Of a stretch of DNA of 64,000 nt, positions 11,963 to 24,459 are shown piece by piece (within the stretch, counting starts at the first letter, position 1; every line of letters begins with the position of its first letter). The stretch comes from Octopus bimaculoides. Taxonomy: Eukaryota. Made by a program: the position numbers and the translations under genes. The stretch is from assembly GCF_001194135.2 (NCBI RefSeq), contig NC_068993.1, positions 52,908,998-52,972,997 of the forward strand, in the 5' to 3' direction. The notes under the pieces are model-generated. The model was not told where the DNA came from. It made no database searches and was given only the letters and a program-made list of their open reading frames with translations.

Positions 11963-14169
11963 TTTTTAGTTTACATGGGAGTCTTGATGCTACATTCCTG
12001 GATCAGTCTCTGAATATTAAGCCATATTTACATGAAAATTCCACAAGGTATTTTAGAAAACAAATTATTTTCTTTTCTATTTTTTGTTATTCCTATGAGG
12101 TCAATAAGACCTTCAAAGACTAATTCAATTACTTGACGTATAATTAATTTTAGAGGTCTGCTCATTTCAGATTCAATTCTGTAACTTACAAGACTGAACA
12201 CTGGCATGTCACAGAAGTGACAATCCAAATTCAACTTTAAAAAATTTCAACATATGTTGTTTGTTTGGTTTGGTTTTCTTTTTTTGCATTTTGTTTTCCT
12301 TTCAGATAAAATTTTACCCCCATTTGGTTTAGGAATTTAGTTGCCTTCATGTGTTTACGGAAGTTATAAAACTTTAGAAATATTTGTCTCTTTTTTCATA
12401 CCACAACATATATCAAAAAACCTTTTAAAGCAGCAAGCTGTTTATAGTTTCCCTCTTTTCTCTTTCTTCATAGATCAGAACCCCCCATCCCAACTCACCA
12501 TATGTCCCCAAAGAATTTTAAACAAAAACACAAATATCTAGCAGCAGGCAAAGTTAAACTAATCTTGATTGTCCCCAATTGATTAGCTAGAATAACAACA
12601 AAATAGAAACCAGTCAAATTAGATAGCTAGTATAGAAATTTATATTTTTTTTATGCTTTAGGAAGCTTATAAATAAATTCAAGAGGGCCAATGGCATAAA
12701 TTTAGATAAAGAAACTAAAGAATGATATATTAAATGACAGTATGTGAAAAATTCTCAGTTAACTGAAATTTCCTTTAGACTAGAGAAAGAAAACAAAAGC
12801 CTAGCAGTAACTGTTAGTAATACCCACAGAAAAAAAATGAGAAGATAATTTCAAGAAACCAAAAACCAATTTCAGAAAATTTGCTTAGAGGAAAATCTGA
12901 CCTTTGCAGGCATGTTTCAGACTATTTTGGCCATATCAGCATAGTATAGCTTACACAAGCCTCTTTTCTGAGAAGAGTTACAATTTTTTTAGTCAGTATG
13001 AAAAACCTACACAACTTATTATATATGTATATATATATATAACTATCTTTATTCTCGAAAGGTAATAACTGTATTGCTGAAAGGGATCAGTTTGTAGCAT
13101 TGAGCTTTTGGAAGCAGAATCATCTTAGATAATTCTTATCCAATCTATGTCACTATGGAAAAAGCAAATGTAGCAATGATGACAACAATGATCTTGATGG
13201 TGATGATAAACGTAATGAGTAAATTTCAGATATTCTAAATTGCACTATAATAATATTTATTTCCTTCACAGATCCATGGGATTTTTTAATCCAGGCATCA
13301 GAAAAATGTTTTTCCTCTAATGAAGAGAAAAAGTGAGAAGGGAAGGAATGAGGAAATGAGTGAAAATGTGTGCAAACATATGTGGTTCATGAAAAGCGCA
13401 ACAGTTTGATGGATAAGCCTAAAGAAATTCTCCCATAAGATACAGATGTAGCGTACTCAACTAAGATGGTAATAAGCTGGTTGTAGATAATGTAGTGACA
13501 GTGGCAAGAGTCTAGAGAAATTTAGAACATAACCTGTATTCCTACAAACATTAATTTTACTGGTAGAATTTAGTTTTGAATCAGCAATAAAGACATATGA
13601 ATAGGGTATATTCATCAAGGATAAGTGGGGTAAATAAGACAGTAAATAGATAAGTATTTCTATGTTAACTTGTTATACTTCAAAAATAAAAGAAGTATTT
13701 GTTTTTCTACACAGACTAGTACATACATTGCAAATTATATACAGATGTGAAGATGATACACATCTAGACAAATAAACTAGACACTCATTATTTATGAGAG
13801 ACAGGAAGATACAGTTGAGCCAGCTAGAAAGACAAATATTGTTCATACAAAGCAAACAGTTTTAGTTAAAGCCTAAATCTTAACAAAATAACTGTTTTAT
13901 TGTAAGCTGATATTTTCATAAGATTACATAGATCAACTTTTTGAAAGTAAAATGCAAGGACAAAAACTGTTTAAATCTTTTATGTTAATTTTTCTCTTCA
14001 AGCTTACAGGTACAAGAATGACTTAAATCTTCAATATTAACTTTTCCCTTTGGGTTTCTATCTGCAAACATGCATAAATTGTTGAAACAACAAATATTTG
14101 GCAGTCTGACACTTTAACTGAAGTTCAACTATGTTGACTGACAGAACCATACAAAGCATCAGGATATCA

Positions 14170-15190
14170 AATCAGTGTATTTCCCTTTCCAGTTGAAAGC
14201 CTGAGGAAGAGTTACAGAGCAGATCATTTTTTTCAACACTTTTGTGGTCAGTGGGATAGGCAACAAGTCATGTCAGCATAGTAATGAGCAATCTTAAGTA
14301 ACAGAAAAGTGCTGTTCATATTGGTGTTGGTGATCTATCATATGGACATGGTTTAAGTTTAGGCACAGTCTAGAATGTGTCTGCATGAATTTGTTCACTG
14401 CACACAGATTTCTGACTTATTAAATTACATTGAAGAGTTACTATAATATTTAGGAAAGAAGGGCATGTAGTAATTATTGTTAAAGAGATAGTATGGCCAG
14501 CACGATTAAGGATGTGACTTTCCGTCTAAGAAGATCAAATCTTCAAAAAATTCTTCAAGTACCACTTGAAGCATAAAGAAATACTGTACTCCAGTAAATT
14601 ATATGGAAGGCGAGAGTCAGTAGTAGAGAATATGACCTGGAGGAAAGGATCAGTGCATTAATTTTTTTTTTGTTTTTAACATCTTTTAGTCAAGAAAGAA
14701 GGCAGTGCTCACGGCCTATTGCAGCACATTCAAGACTAATGAGCAAACAAGAGGAATATATCTTCAAACCAGTGACCTAACCCATCTTCAGAAAAGGAGA
14801 GGTTTGTGGTCATGAGTGTTGGGTAATGACTGAAAGAATATGATCATGAATACAAGTGACTGGCATGAGGTTCCTCTGAAGTAACATTACTCGACAGAGT
14901 GTGAAGTTCAGAAAGCAGGGAGTCTCTCCAGGTTGAATTAATACTTCTCTGCATTTAGAGGTCACAACAGTATTACTACTGACATGTGATTTGAGTGTGG
15001 CAGAAAAGAACTGCAAGATAGATTTTTGAAGCCAAGCCAACCTGCAGGAGATTTAGGGGTTGACCAAAAATGAGAAAGTTGGATAATAAACATAGTCTCA
15101 GCTGGTCATGTTTGGGAATCCAGCTGGAAAATCTAATGCCAGTTGCTTCTGATAAGACCCTATGGAAGAGGTGCCTGAGGACTCTATTCC
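14170..15190 (+). mobile_element. Heavily decayed LINE remnant, probably RTE
   Basis: Higher GC than the flanks. Weak echoes of LLYGxETW (ILYSSKLYG) and the terminal AxDRxxW (VASDKTLW). Boundaries uncertain. Confidence 0.45.
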
Positions 15191-18100
15191 CCATGACTCT
15201 CCCAGGAATAGTGGACAGGGATGGATGGAAAGATTAAATCTTTTTCATCCATACATGAGATCCAAGCAAAAAGGACATATGCTAAGAGCAGAGAGTGATT
15301 ATAGTTTTGAGGTGTCCTCATCTTTTATATTTAGCAGCTTTAAATCTTTATTATTTTTACATAAAATTTCATTTTATATTTATTTAAACAGAGGATTTGG
15401 TCACTACTCAAGTTTCAGTCTCTGCAATCTTTCAGGCATTTAACACAAAAAAGTCAAACGGTTACATTTCATAAAGGAATGTAACCATCTGAATTTCTGA
15501 ATTTGTCGTTTCAAAGAGCAGTATGTGAAAGAAAACTAACAGCAGCAAAATACTCAGTTTAAATAAGTATCTAAACGAAATATACACCATGTATTCAGTA
15601 CTATCTTCCTCTTTCATTCACAAATTCTCACATTCGCCGACACACACACATATGACCACATGCATGGCTGTGTGCTTCCCAACCTTGCAGTCTCAACTTC
15701 AGCCCCACTGTGCAGCAACTTGGGCAGGTGTCTTGTACTATAGACCCAAGGCTGACCAAATCCTTGTCAGTGCATTTGGTGGACAGATACTAAAAAAGCA
15801 TGTTGCATGTTTATGTATTGTGTGTGCATGCACATATGTGTTTGTGTTTATGTCTGTGCTTCCTGAAAAATGGTGAGCTACAGGAATAGCTGCCATTTCC
15901 CCAATCATAGACTCCTCACTTGAAAGAACAATGATCTTTTCTGTTTGGCTTCCACTTTTCAATTCCCCCAATTTTTGTTCCAATTGTTTTCAAATTTGGT
16001 GTACTGATATAGTTTTGTAAGCTAATTATGGAAACGAAATTCATTTTTGCCATAACTTAATAAATAAAAAGCTAATAGCTTTTAAAGCTTGTAAATTTTG
16101 GGTAATTTTAGCCAATCGAAAGCCACAGACATATTGGTGCCTATTTCCATAGTAACAATCCTAGCTTTGTGTTAGTCTGCTTACCCATCTGTTCCTGTCC
16201 TGTCCAACCATAAGTAGTTTACCTTGTGTTTCCTTGTTTTTACACATCTGTTGCTGTCTGAACCACAGTTTTTTGGGGCTTTTGTTTTTTTTTTGTAATT
16301 TAATGTCTCACTACAAAATATGTACTGTTTACATGAACTAAACTAGAGCTTGTTTTTTGCAATGCCTCTTCCAACATTTCACATGACTTCATTAAAACTT
16401 CTGTTGTTGAATAATTTGTCGTTGTAATGTTGCCATCACTCACAAGATGCTAGCTTCCAAATCTTGTTTTCTGACAAGGTAAAAATGATCAAACTTTAAA
16501 CCTCTGTAACATTTTTCTAGAACTTTTTCTGGAAGAACTGAATAACAACATCAGATTCAATGTGAAAAATTGCATCAATATACCAAATCTGAATATTTTC
16601 ACTTAATTTTAAAGTTTTAAAAAGTGAAGCCAAACAGAAAAGGTCCAAGAACAGTTAAGGGTTGGGGCATCAAGGTTGCAAAAGATGCTCAAATAATAGA
16701 AGGAGGCGAAGCAGCAGCAATAACACCTAATTATAACAGAGACAGTCTAAAACGAGTGAGATCTGAAGTGACAGGGTCACCAACAGAACTAACAGGAGTT
16801 AACCACTTGACATTGTGTTGAAAGATTAAATGAGGGCAGTTTTGGTAGGGGTTTAATTTTGCCTGCTTGTTTGTTGCTTTTGTTCTTTTTAATACTAATG
16901 AGAAGGGTGACTACTTGAATCTCAACATACTCTGTAACAGCTTTGGCTTTAAAGTTGGTGCCTAGTGCCATGTCAGTAGACTCAAAGAACAAAGGCTGTT
17001 TTCTAGAATGGAATGCAAGTAATGAAATGGAACTTTACAGGTGAATGATTGCTGTCCTGTCATCACAGTAACTATTCAACCACAGAGAGAGAGAGAGACT
17101 GATAAAAATACTACCCCAAAAACACTTTTGTATAAGCGATCATACATACGAAACTAACACACAGACACATAAGTATGCATGCACAAGCAAAGAATACACA
17201 CATGACAGTCTTCTTTCAGTTTCCATCAACCAAATTTACTCAGCCAAGTTTTGGTTAGCTTCAGTTATAATAGAGGACACTAGCCCATGACACTGCACAG
17301 TGAGACTGTACTCAAAACAAAGTGGCTGGCAAGCAAACTTCCATCTACACAGCTACACCCATGCCTATGACAACCAATTCACCTCAAGTGAGCATTAACT
17401 ATTTTGATACCACCCCTGGATCTCTGTATAAATGTGATCTAAAAACCTCCCATCAAAATTTCATGAAAATTTAGATTCTAATTATAAATTAATAACAAGT
17501 TATTCTAATAAATACTCCATTATTTTCCAAATTAATTGAAACAAACGTAATACATTGCAACAGAAATGTGGTAACAAACAGCCACTAGGTATGTCTTTAA
17601 TTAAACTGTACCAGGTAACATTGCTTTAAACAGAGAAGAATTCCTATTTGATAGGCTTCCTTGTTTCCAAGCACTAAATGGACTGTTTTGATGATATCAA
17701 GAATGAATTTCAGACTATCTGATCATGATTTATGAAAAGAACTGCCACACATCTCAGACAAGAAGCACAAGTCAAACAACACTGGAATGTATGAGAGAAA
17801 AAGAGAGAGAGAGAGACAGACAGACAGAAGGGGAGGGGGATCCTTAGCAGTAAAAAGCCTTCCTAAAAATGTTCTTAGTAACAGCTTTCTAGACATAATA
17901 GTTCAGTTTTTGGACCATGATCTTTCGTATTATTGATTCAAGAAAAGTTATTTAAGGTAATTTATATAAATGTAAACCTTTCTCATGAATAGTGGCATTA
18001 GTTGAAACAGCTCACTATATAATACTGCAATGTATGATGACAACAGTAGCAAAAAAGAAGAAAAAAAAAGATTTAAAAAATCAAAAATAAAAATTCTAAC

Positions 18101-18952
18101 AAAGCAAAGGTTAAAAGAAGCTTTTCTAGTCACCCAGAAGTAGGACATAGGTCAGTAGGATTTGTCCAGCAATGATAAGTACTAACACATATAATGAGTC
18201 AAAGAGTAACTAATCATTTGCCTCTCATGCCTTCTTGAGGCTTAAGAACTTGTGAATGTTAAGGAATAGGTTATAAGGAGACAATAGATTTACACAAAGA
18301 CATTCTAAGTGATCTAAGAATAAATGAAAAGCAATAACCCTTTGCCCTAAGCAATAAGGACTGCTTTCAAGTGAGGGCATGAAAGTGGCTAAGAACATAA
18401 GGTGCCGGATGTCAGGGAAATTGGCAGACACGAGATAAGTAGCTAAGAAAAGAGATAAAGAGAAATTAACAGAAGAAAGGAAAAGAAAAATAAATGCCAG
18501 CGTATTCCTTCTCTTCTTATTCACCATCAGCAACACTACCACCACTACCAGTGCCAATTTCTACACAAGTATTAAAAATGTAACTCTGACATTAACAATA
18601 ATATAATATGTGAGACCACAAACCTATCCAAGCTATTCCAGAAAAGGAAACTGGTCAGGTGGTAATCACCAGAGTGGTGTTAATAGCTATGACAATGGTG
18701 GTGGAGCTGGTGGTGATGATGCAAGCAGGGCTATGACAATGGTAATGGTGGTGATAGTAAGAGTTTGCAGTTATTTCTATCTCCTTGGACTTTGTTGTTG
18801 TTGCTAATTCATAGCCATGACACAGAGGCAGCCAATCAAATGTTCTGGTGGCATATTGTACTTTCCACCATGTTTGGATATGGTCATGACCAAATTGCTT
18901 TTGTTGTGCCTTCTAAAGTTAGAGGCTACTACTTGTGTGTGTTGTTGTTGTT

Positions 18953-18955
<3 letters not shown>

Positions 18956-19034
<79 letters not shown>
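18956..19034 (+). repeat. (GA)n microsatellite
   Basis: Directly visible. Confidence 0.98.
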
Positions 19035-19040
<6 letters not shown>

Positions 19041-19295
19041 GATAACAGGACAAAAAGCAATACTGAGGCCTACAGTGAAGGCAATGAAAAGGAAGAGATG
19101 ATTGAGGCCCAACACTGGGCGGAGTTCAATATAGGCAATGATTTAACAGGGCGGAAATAAACTCATAAGAGTGATCATTCATAACAACAGCTAAACACAG
19201 CATATGGAATCCTTGATAATGGATCCAGAAAAAACTGGATTATAAATTTTCAGATGTTTCAACAACAGCCATTATTGAAATTTATGATTTCATTC

Positions 19296-19523
19296 TTAAC
19301 CTTTTAGTGTTTAAAGCGGCCATATCAGGCCAAAATTGTCTTCCAGTTTTATGCTCAAACCAGCCAGCTCTGACTTCTCACACCTACCCTACAAAGTCAT
19401 TCTAAAAATAAACAGGGACATCATCAAAATCTCAGAGTTACAAGATGCTGTACAATTAACTTAAAACAATGTAATTAAACAGGCTTTACATTTGACAGAG
19501 TAATTTAAATGCTAAAGGGTTAA
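19296..19523. mobile_element. TTAA-flanked MITE family 1 (piggyBac-like ends); other copies 35553-35777, 44153-44356, partial ~24680-24861
   Basis: ttaaccYtttagcatttaaa...gagtaatctgaatgctaaagggttaa. The ~225-bp element recurs with TTAA-CCC/GGG-TTAA-type termini. Confidence 0.75.
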
Positions 19524-20548
19524 ACTGTAATTTTTAGTCAATTTACTTTCTCAAATAACAGTATAGAAAGTAGGTTGCTTCAGGGAAAGAATTTTTATTT
19601 TTCAAACATTAAATTTTTGTTTTAGGATAGACTGGGGTGATTTGTCAAACATTCAAGTGTGGGGAGAAAGATGACAAATTTGTTTTGAAATTTTAATTTA
19701 ATTTTGATGGGAAACTTCAGAAATCAGTCATTTTACTTAAAGCAGAAGACCACATGAACCATGAACTAATTTGACACAGCAAACTACATTTGTAACACAA
19801 TTAACAAGATTTATTTTCATAAACTTGCTTTTCTTTTTAGTACTTTGTCTAAGCCATGCAGGCATAGGTTAAACAAATATATCATTGTGCATGGCACCTT
19901 GAGAACTGACCAAAGCCTTGTGAGTGGATTTAATAAACTAAAAGAAGTCCATCATGTGTGTGTGTGTGTATGACTTCAAATGTTAGAGGACGTTAAAACA
20001 ATTGCGATAATGCTATACAGACTTCATGTCATTAACATATACCTCGTTTTCAAGAACAGGAATTCTTATTTCACATATCTTCAAGGGCACAAAACCACCA
20101 AATGTAAACAAACACAAACACATTACACATAAGAAGCTTCCCTCAGTTTCCATCTCACAAGATTATGGTCAGGCTGGGAGGTGAAATAAGCAAACTATAT
20201 GGCAACAATATTTGCAGGTTAATATTGACCTGTTTCATGGAATGAAGTTGTATTTTTAATTCTTAAATCATTTCAAGAATGTAAGCTATGCCCAGTTTGG
20301 TGTGCATGACCACTTTAAACAAACATTCCTGGCAATCTTTGAATTGGCACATACAGAAGGGATTGAAAATATTTTTCAAATCAGACTAAACAATATCAAA
20401 AGTTATAATGAATTTGTTTAGCAAAGTGGGATTGAAACTTTAGATATCAACAACTGAACAGAAAAACAACAAATATATAATACAATAGGCATCATGGGAC
20501 TTCTTGATGCCTTAAAAATATTAATGGAAGTATTTCAGCCTCCAACAT

Positions 20549-20579
20549 NNNNNNNNNNNNNNNNNNNNNNNNNNNNNNN
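20549..20579. other. Assembly gap (N)
   Basis: N run. Confidence 1.
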
Positions 20580-20816
20580 ATATATAAATAGAACATACCT
20601 TAGGCACTGATGCATAAACAACTTAGTGTATGTAAGTGCATGCAGATTATGTAAGAGTAATTTTCAATATATTAAAATACCTCAGAAAATTTGAAGTTAT
20701 ATCAGCAATTGTGAAAATGAAAAACATTAATAGCTCCTAACCAAAAGCAAAAGAATGTCTTGCATGAAATAACAAGAAGTATGAAACAGAAATAGAGACC
20801 GGGAAACCAGTACTCA

Positions 20817-20850
<34 letters not shown>

Positions 20851-21123
20851 TTTTGTTTGTTTGGGGTTCTTTTGCCATGCTGGCATGGGTTGGACAGAGA
20901 CTTACTGAGTCAAAATTTTACGACTGGGTGTTCCTCCTGTTGCACACAGCTTAGTGGAAGATTGGATATGAATGACCGACACTGCTTGTATGACAGTGAC
21001 ACTCATTTACAATCATTATGCGATGTCAAAAACAAAGAAACACAAACACATTCACACATACAATATACTAAAGTGGTTGGGTTGGAAAATAATTTTACAG
21101 GCATATTATAAACTAGACAGTAT

Positions 21124-22203
21124 TCTGCTAGAATAAGAATAGCCTGGGCCAAGTTTAGAGAGCTCTTACTTCTACTGGCGACAAAGGGACTCTCACTCAG
21201 AGTAAAAGGCAGACTGTATGACGCATGTGTACGAACAGCCATGCTATATGGCAGTGAAACATGGGCTGTGACTGCTGAGGACATGCGTAAGCTCGCAAGG
21301 AATGAAGCCAGTATGCTCCGCTGGATGTGTAATGTAAATGTGCATACCCATCAGAGTGTAAGTATCTTGAGAGAAAAGCTGAACATAAGAAGCATCAGTT
21401 GTGGTGTGCAAGAGAGACGATTGCGCTGGTTTGGACATGTGGTGAGAATGAATGAGGATAGCTGCGTGAAAAAGTGCCNNNNNNNNNNNNNNNNNNNNNN
21501 NNNNNNNNNNNNNNNNNNNNNNNNNNNNNNNNNNNNNNNNNNNNNNNNNNNNNNNNNNNNNNNNNNNNNNNNNNNNNNNNNNNNNNNNNNNNNNNNNNNN
21601 NNNNNNNNNNNNNNNNNNNNNNNNNNNNNNNNNNNNNNNNNNNNNNNNNNNNNNNNNNNNNNNNNNNNNNNNNNNNNNNNNNNNNNNNNNNNNNNNNNNN
21701 NNNNNNNNNNNNNNNNNNNNNNNNNNNNNNNNNNNNNNNNNNNNNNNNNNNNNNNNNNNNNNNNNNNNNNNNNNNNNNNNNNNNNNNNNNNNNNNNNNNN
21801 NNNNNNNNNNNNNNNNNNNNNNNNNNNNNNNNNNNNNNNNNNNNNNNNNNNNNNNNNNNNNNNNNNNNNNNNNNNNNNNNNCTGAGCGTGACCGTTGCCA
21901 GTACCGCCTGACTGGCCTTGTAGGGTTTTCAAGCAAGATCGTTGCCAGTGCCCCTGGACTGGCTCTTGTGCGGGTGGCACATAAAAGACACCATTTCGAG
22001 CGTGGCCGTTTTCGTGCGGGTGACACGTAAAAGCACCCACTACACTCTCTGAGTGGTTGGCGTTAGGAAGGGCATCCAGCTGTAGAAACTCTGCCAAATT
22101 AGATTGGAGCCTGGTGTAGCCATCCCGTTGCACCAGTCCTCAGTCAAATCGTCCAACCCATGCTAGCATGGAAAGCGGACGTTAAACGATGATGATGATG
22201 ATG
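21124..22203 (+). mobile_element. Young 5'-truncated RTE-clade LINE spanning an assembly gap, with 3' UTR and (GAT)n tail
   Basis: Reads RIAWAKFRELL...GRLYDACVRTAMLYGSETW...MLRWMC...RRLRWFGHVVRM, the RTE C-terminal region. After the gap comes a CpG-rich 3' UTR ending gttaaacgatgatgatgatg. Confidence 0.92.
21479..21881. other. Assembly gap (N) inside the RTE element
   Basis: N run. Confidence 1.
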
Positions 22204-24365
22204 GTGTTACTAACAACATGGTGGATTGGCTGTTAAACATTTATTGGTTGCAGAGAAAAGACAAAGTCATAACACTATTTTCATAGCAAAGAATGGAAAT
22301 GAAAGAAAGCTGAAGACAATTTATTAATGGATCAAGTTTTAAATCAAATGACTTTCACAATGATGCTGTGCACGAAAGCATGACTTTTGAAATTCAAGAA
22401 AATAACCAAGAAATATAAATTTGAAACTTTATAGAGAGTTTGTTTCTATAAAAACAAGACATAGAGTCGGGGAGTATCTTTTTTCAGAGCAGATTATGGA
22501 TATGCAAAACAGAGGTGATTAAATCATAAATCAGTCTGATGTAATGAATGGAGTTTCAAATTGCAAATTGAGACATAGTTACACAACCTGACACTTGGTA
22601 GACGCAAGCTGACTAGAATAACATCATGCTGGTTCAATTATACAATTTTCAATATAATCACTCAATGCCAGTTATTATTTAATAAGAAATTAGATAGAAC
22701 TACTAAACTGAGATCAGTAAATACAGACAGAAATTACATGTAACTTTGACATACACACACACATCTTATTATTGACTGAAAATTCTTTAAAATCTTTGCT
22801 GGTATCAAGCAATATGTGGGGTCAATCTTGAGATTCTGTTTCAATAACTAATATCATTGTTATCTAAACAAGGATGAATCAGCAAATCATCATTATTTAA
22901 CATTTACTTCTCCATGCTTGCATGGGTCTGATAGAATTTGTTGAGGCAAGTATTCTATGGCCAAATACCCTTTCTGTTGCCAACCCTCATGCACATGACA
23001 GTCTTCTTTCAATTTCCAACCCCTAAATCCATTCACAAGACTTTGATTAACCCAGGGCTATAGTAGAAAACACTTGCCCATGGTGCCACATAGTGGGACA
23101 GAACACGGCTGGGAAACAAGTTTCTCAACCACATAGTATAAACATGCCAGTATAAAGAGAACATATGACAGAGTGTAAATACTTGGAAAAAGTAGACTTG
23201 AACCCACATCTCTGCATTATGTGCACTAAACTATTTGCTTGTGTAACAATCATTTTCTTATGTCACTATGGATGGAAAATTATTTTGAGTCAAAATTTTA
23301 CAATCAGATAACCTTTCTATTGCCAAATCTTATCCATCTGCAAAATAAGTGATTTCTCCATTCCATAAGATTTTGAAAGAGCAGTGCAACCAATCATAAT
23401 GTCAATGGATGAGGAATGTCAGCACCAGCATCACTTAGCTCAAGCAGTGACAATGTGGAATATAAACATGCTTACATATTTGCACACACACACACATAAG
23501 ATCTATAGTGGGATTCTTACAGTTTCCTTTTACCAAATTTCCTCATGAGGCACATCAGCCCAAGGCTATAGTAAAAGTCACAACCATGTGGTTGTGAAAT
23601 GAACTTCTTAACCAAACAGCCATGCTTGCATCTACATAATCTAACAATAAGCTAACTATCGTACTTAAGTAAATCACAAATAGCTTTTTTTCTTTTTTTA
23701 TAAAATTCATGCAAATTCAATGAAGTGTTACCACTTGTAGCATTATACAACAAAAACAAATTTTTCAGAAAATGTCACAACACACTAGGATGGTATGCCA
23801 GTAACAATACATTTCTCCAAACTCTGATTATTTTTTCTTCTATTTAAAAAGCGAAATCTTTCTCAAAATATAATAGAATCATTAAACAACCTATGTAAGG
23901 TAATACAGTATCTTTCCTCTTTGTTTTCATTTATTGACATCACTTTACATAATTTGTAATCTGCATTGCTGAAAGGTTTTTGTTTTTCAAACATTTACAT
24001 GTTGTCTCATCTTTTGCTTCATAAAGTTCAATCAAAATGCAGATATCAGAAACAAAAGACGCACATACTAGGATTCAAAATGCTCTCAAAATTTAATATG
24101 TCTTGTCATAAAAATGTTATAATAGGAAGTAAATTTATTGCAGATACACAGGTTTAAGTCTTGCTACATTTTCACATTTCTATGGCCTCACATATACTTT
24201 ATATTTGAATGTTACGCTTAAAATGAACATATGTAATTTATTTTGAATATTTGTTTGTCTAATACAGAATTAGAGCCGAAGAGTAACAATGCACACACAT
24301 ACACAGTGGATAACAATTTTAATCATGAATTTTGCATAGCAATAAGTAAATTGTAAGAAACTTAC

Positions 24366-24459
24366 TATTAAGGATGTCTCCAAATTCCAAAATATCATCA
24401 TTCCCCATCAAAGTGTCAAGTAACACATTGGAAGATGGTAAGCATGGCAGGTGTTGCAC
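24366..24459 (-). CDS. POMP: POMP exon 5 (94 nt; VQHLPCLPSSNVLLDTLMGNDDILEFGDILN)
   Basis: Acceptor ccttgtttgtttgtag, donor A|gtaagt. Only one frame is open. Aligns to human VQRLPFLSSSNLSLDVLRGNDETIGFEDILN. Confidence 0.96.

Noticed and set aside
13990-14075. 54-nt AG/GT-bounded open segment (RNPKGKVNIEDLSHSCT), minus strand
   Set aside because: No homology and no partner exons; expected by chance.
15738-15983. ORF starting MEQKLGEL, reminiscent of POMP MExKLGL
   Set aside because: No acceptor, no upstream PH motif, no stop after KLG, and it runs into SINE sequence.
16330-17050. Unique-looking stretch with VLGPFLF and IWYID, echoing RT motifs (LGPLLF, WYLDD)
   Set aside because: The two motifs are in different frames with stops between them, and there is no other RT motif. 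Too weak without an HMM search.
18225-18557. 110-aa ORF behind a strong polypyrimidine acceptor, considered as the POMP last exon
   Set aside because: No similarity to the POMP C-terminus; low-complexity hydrophobic composition.
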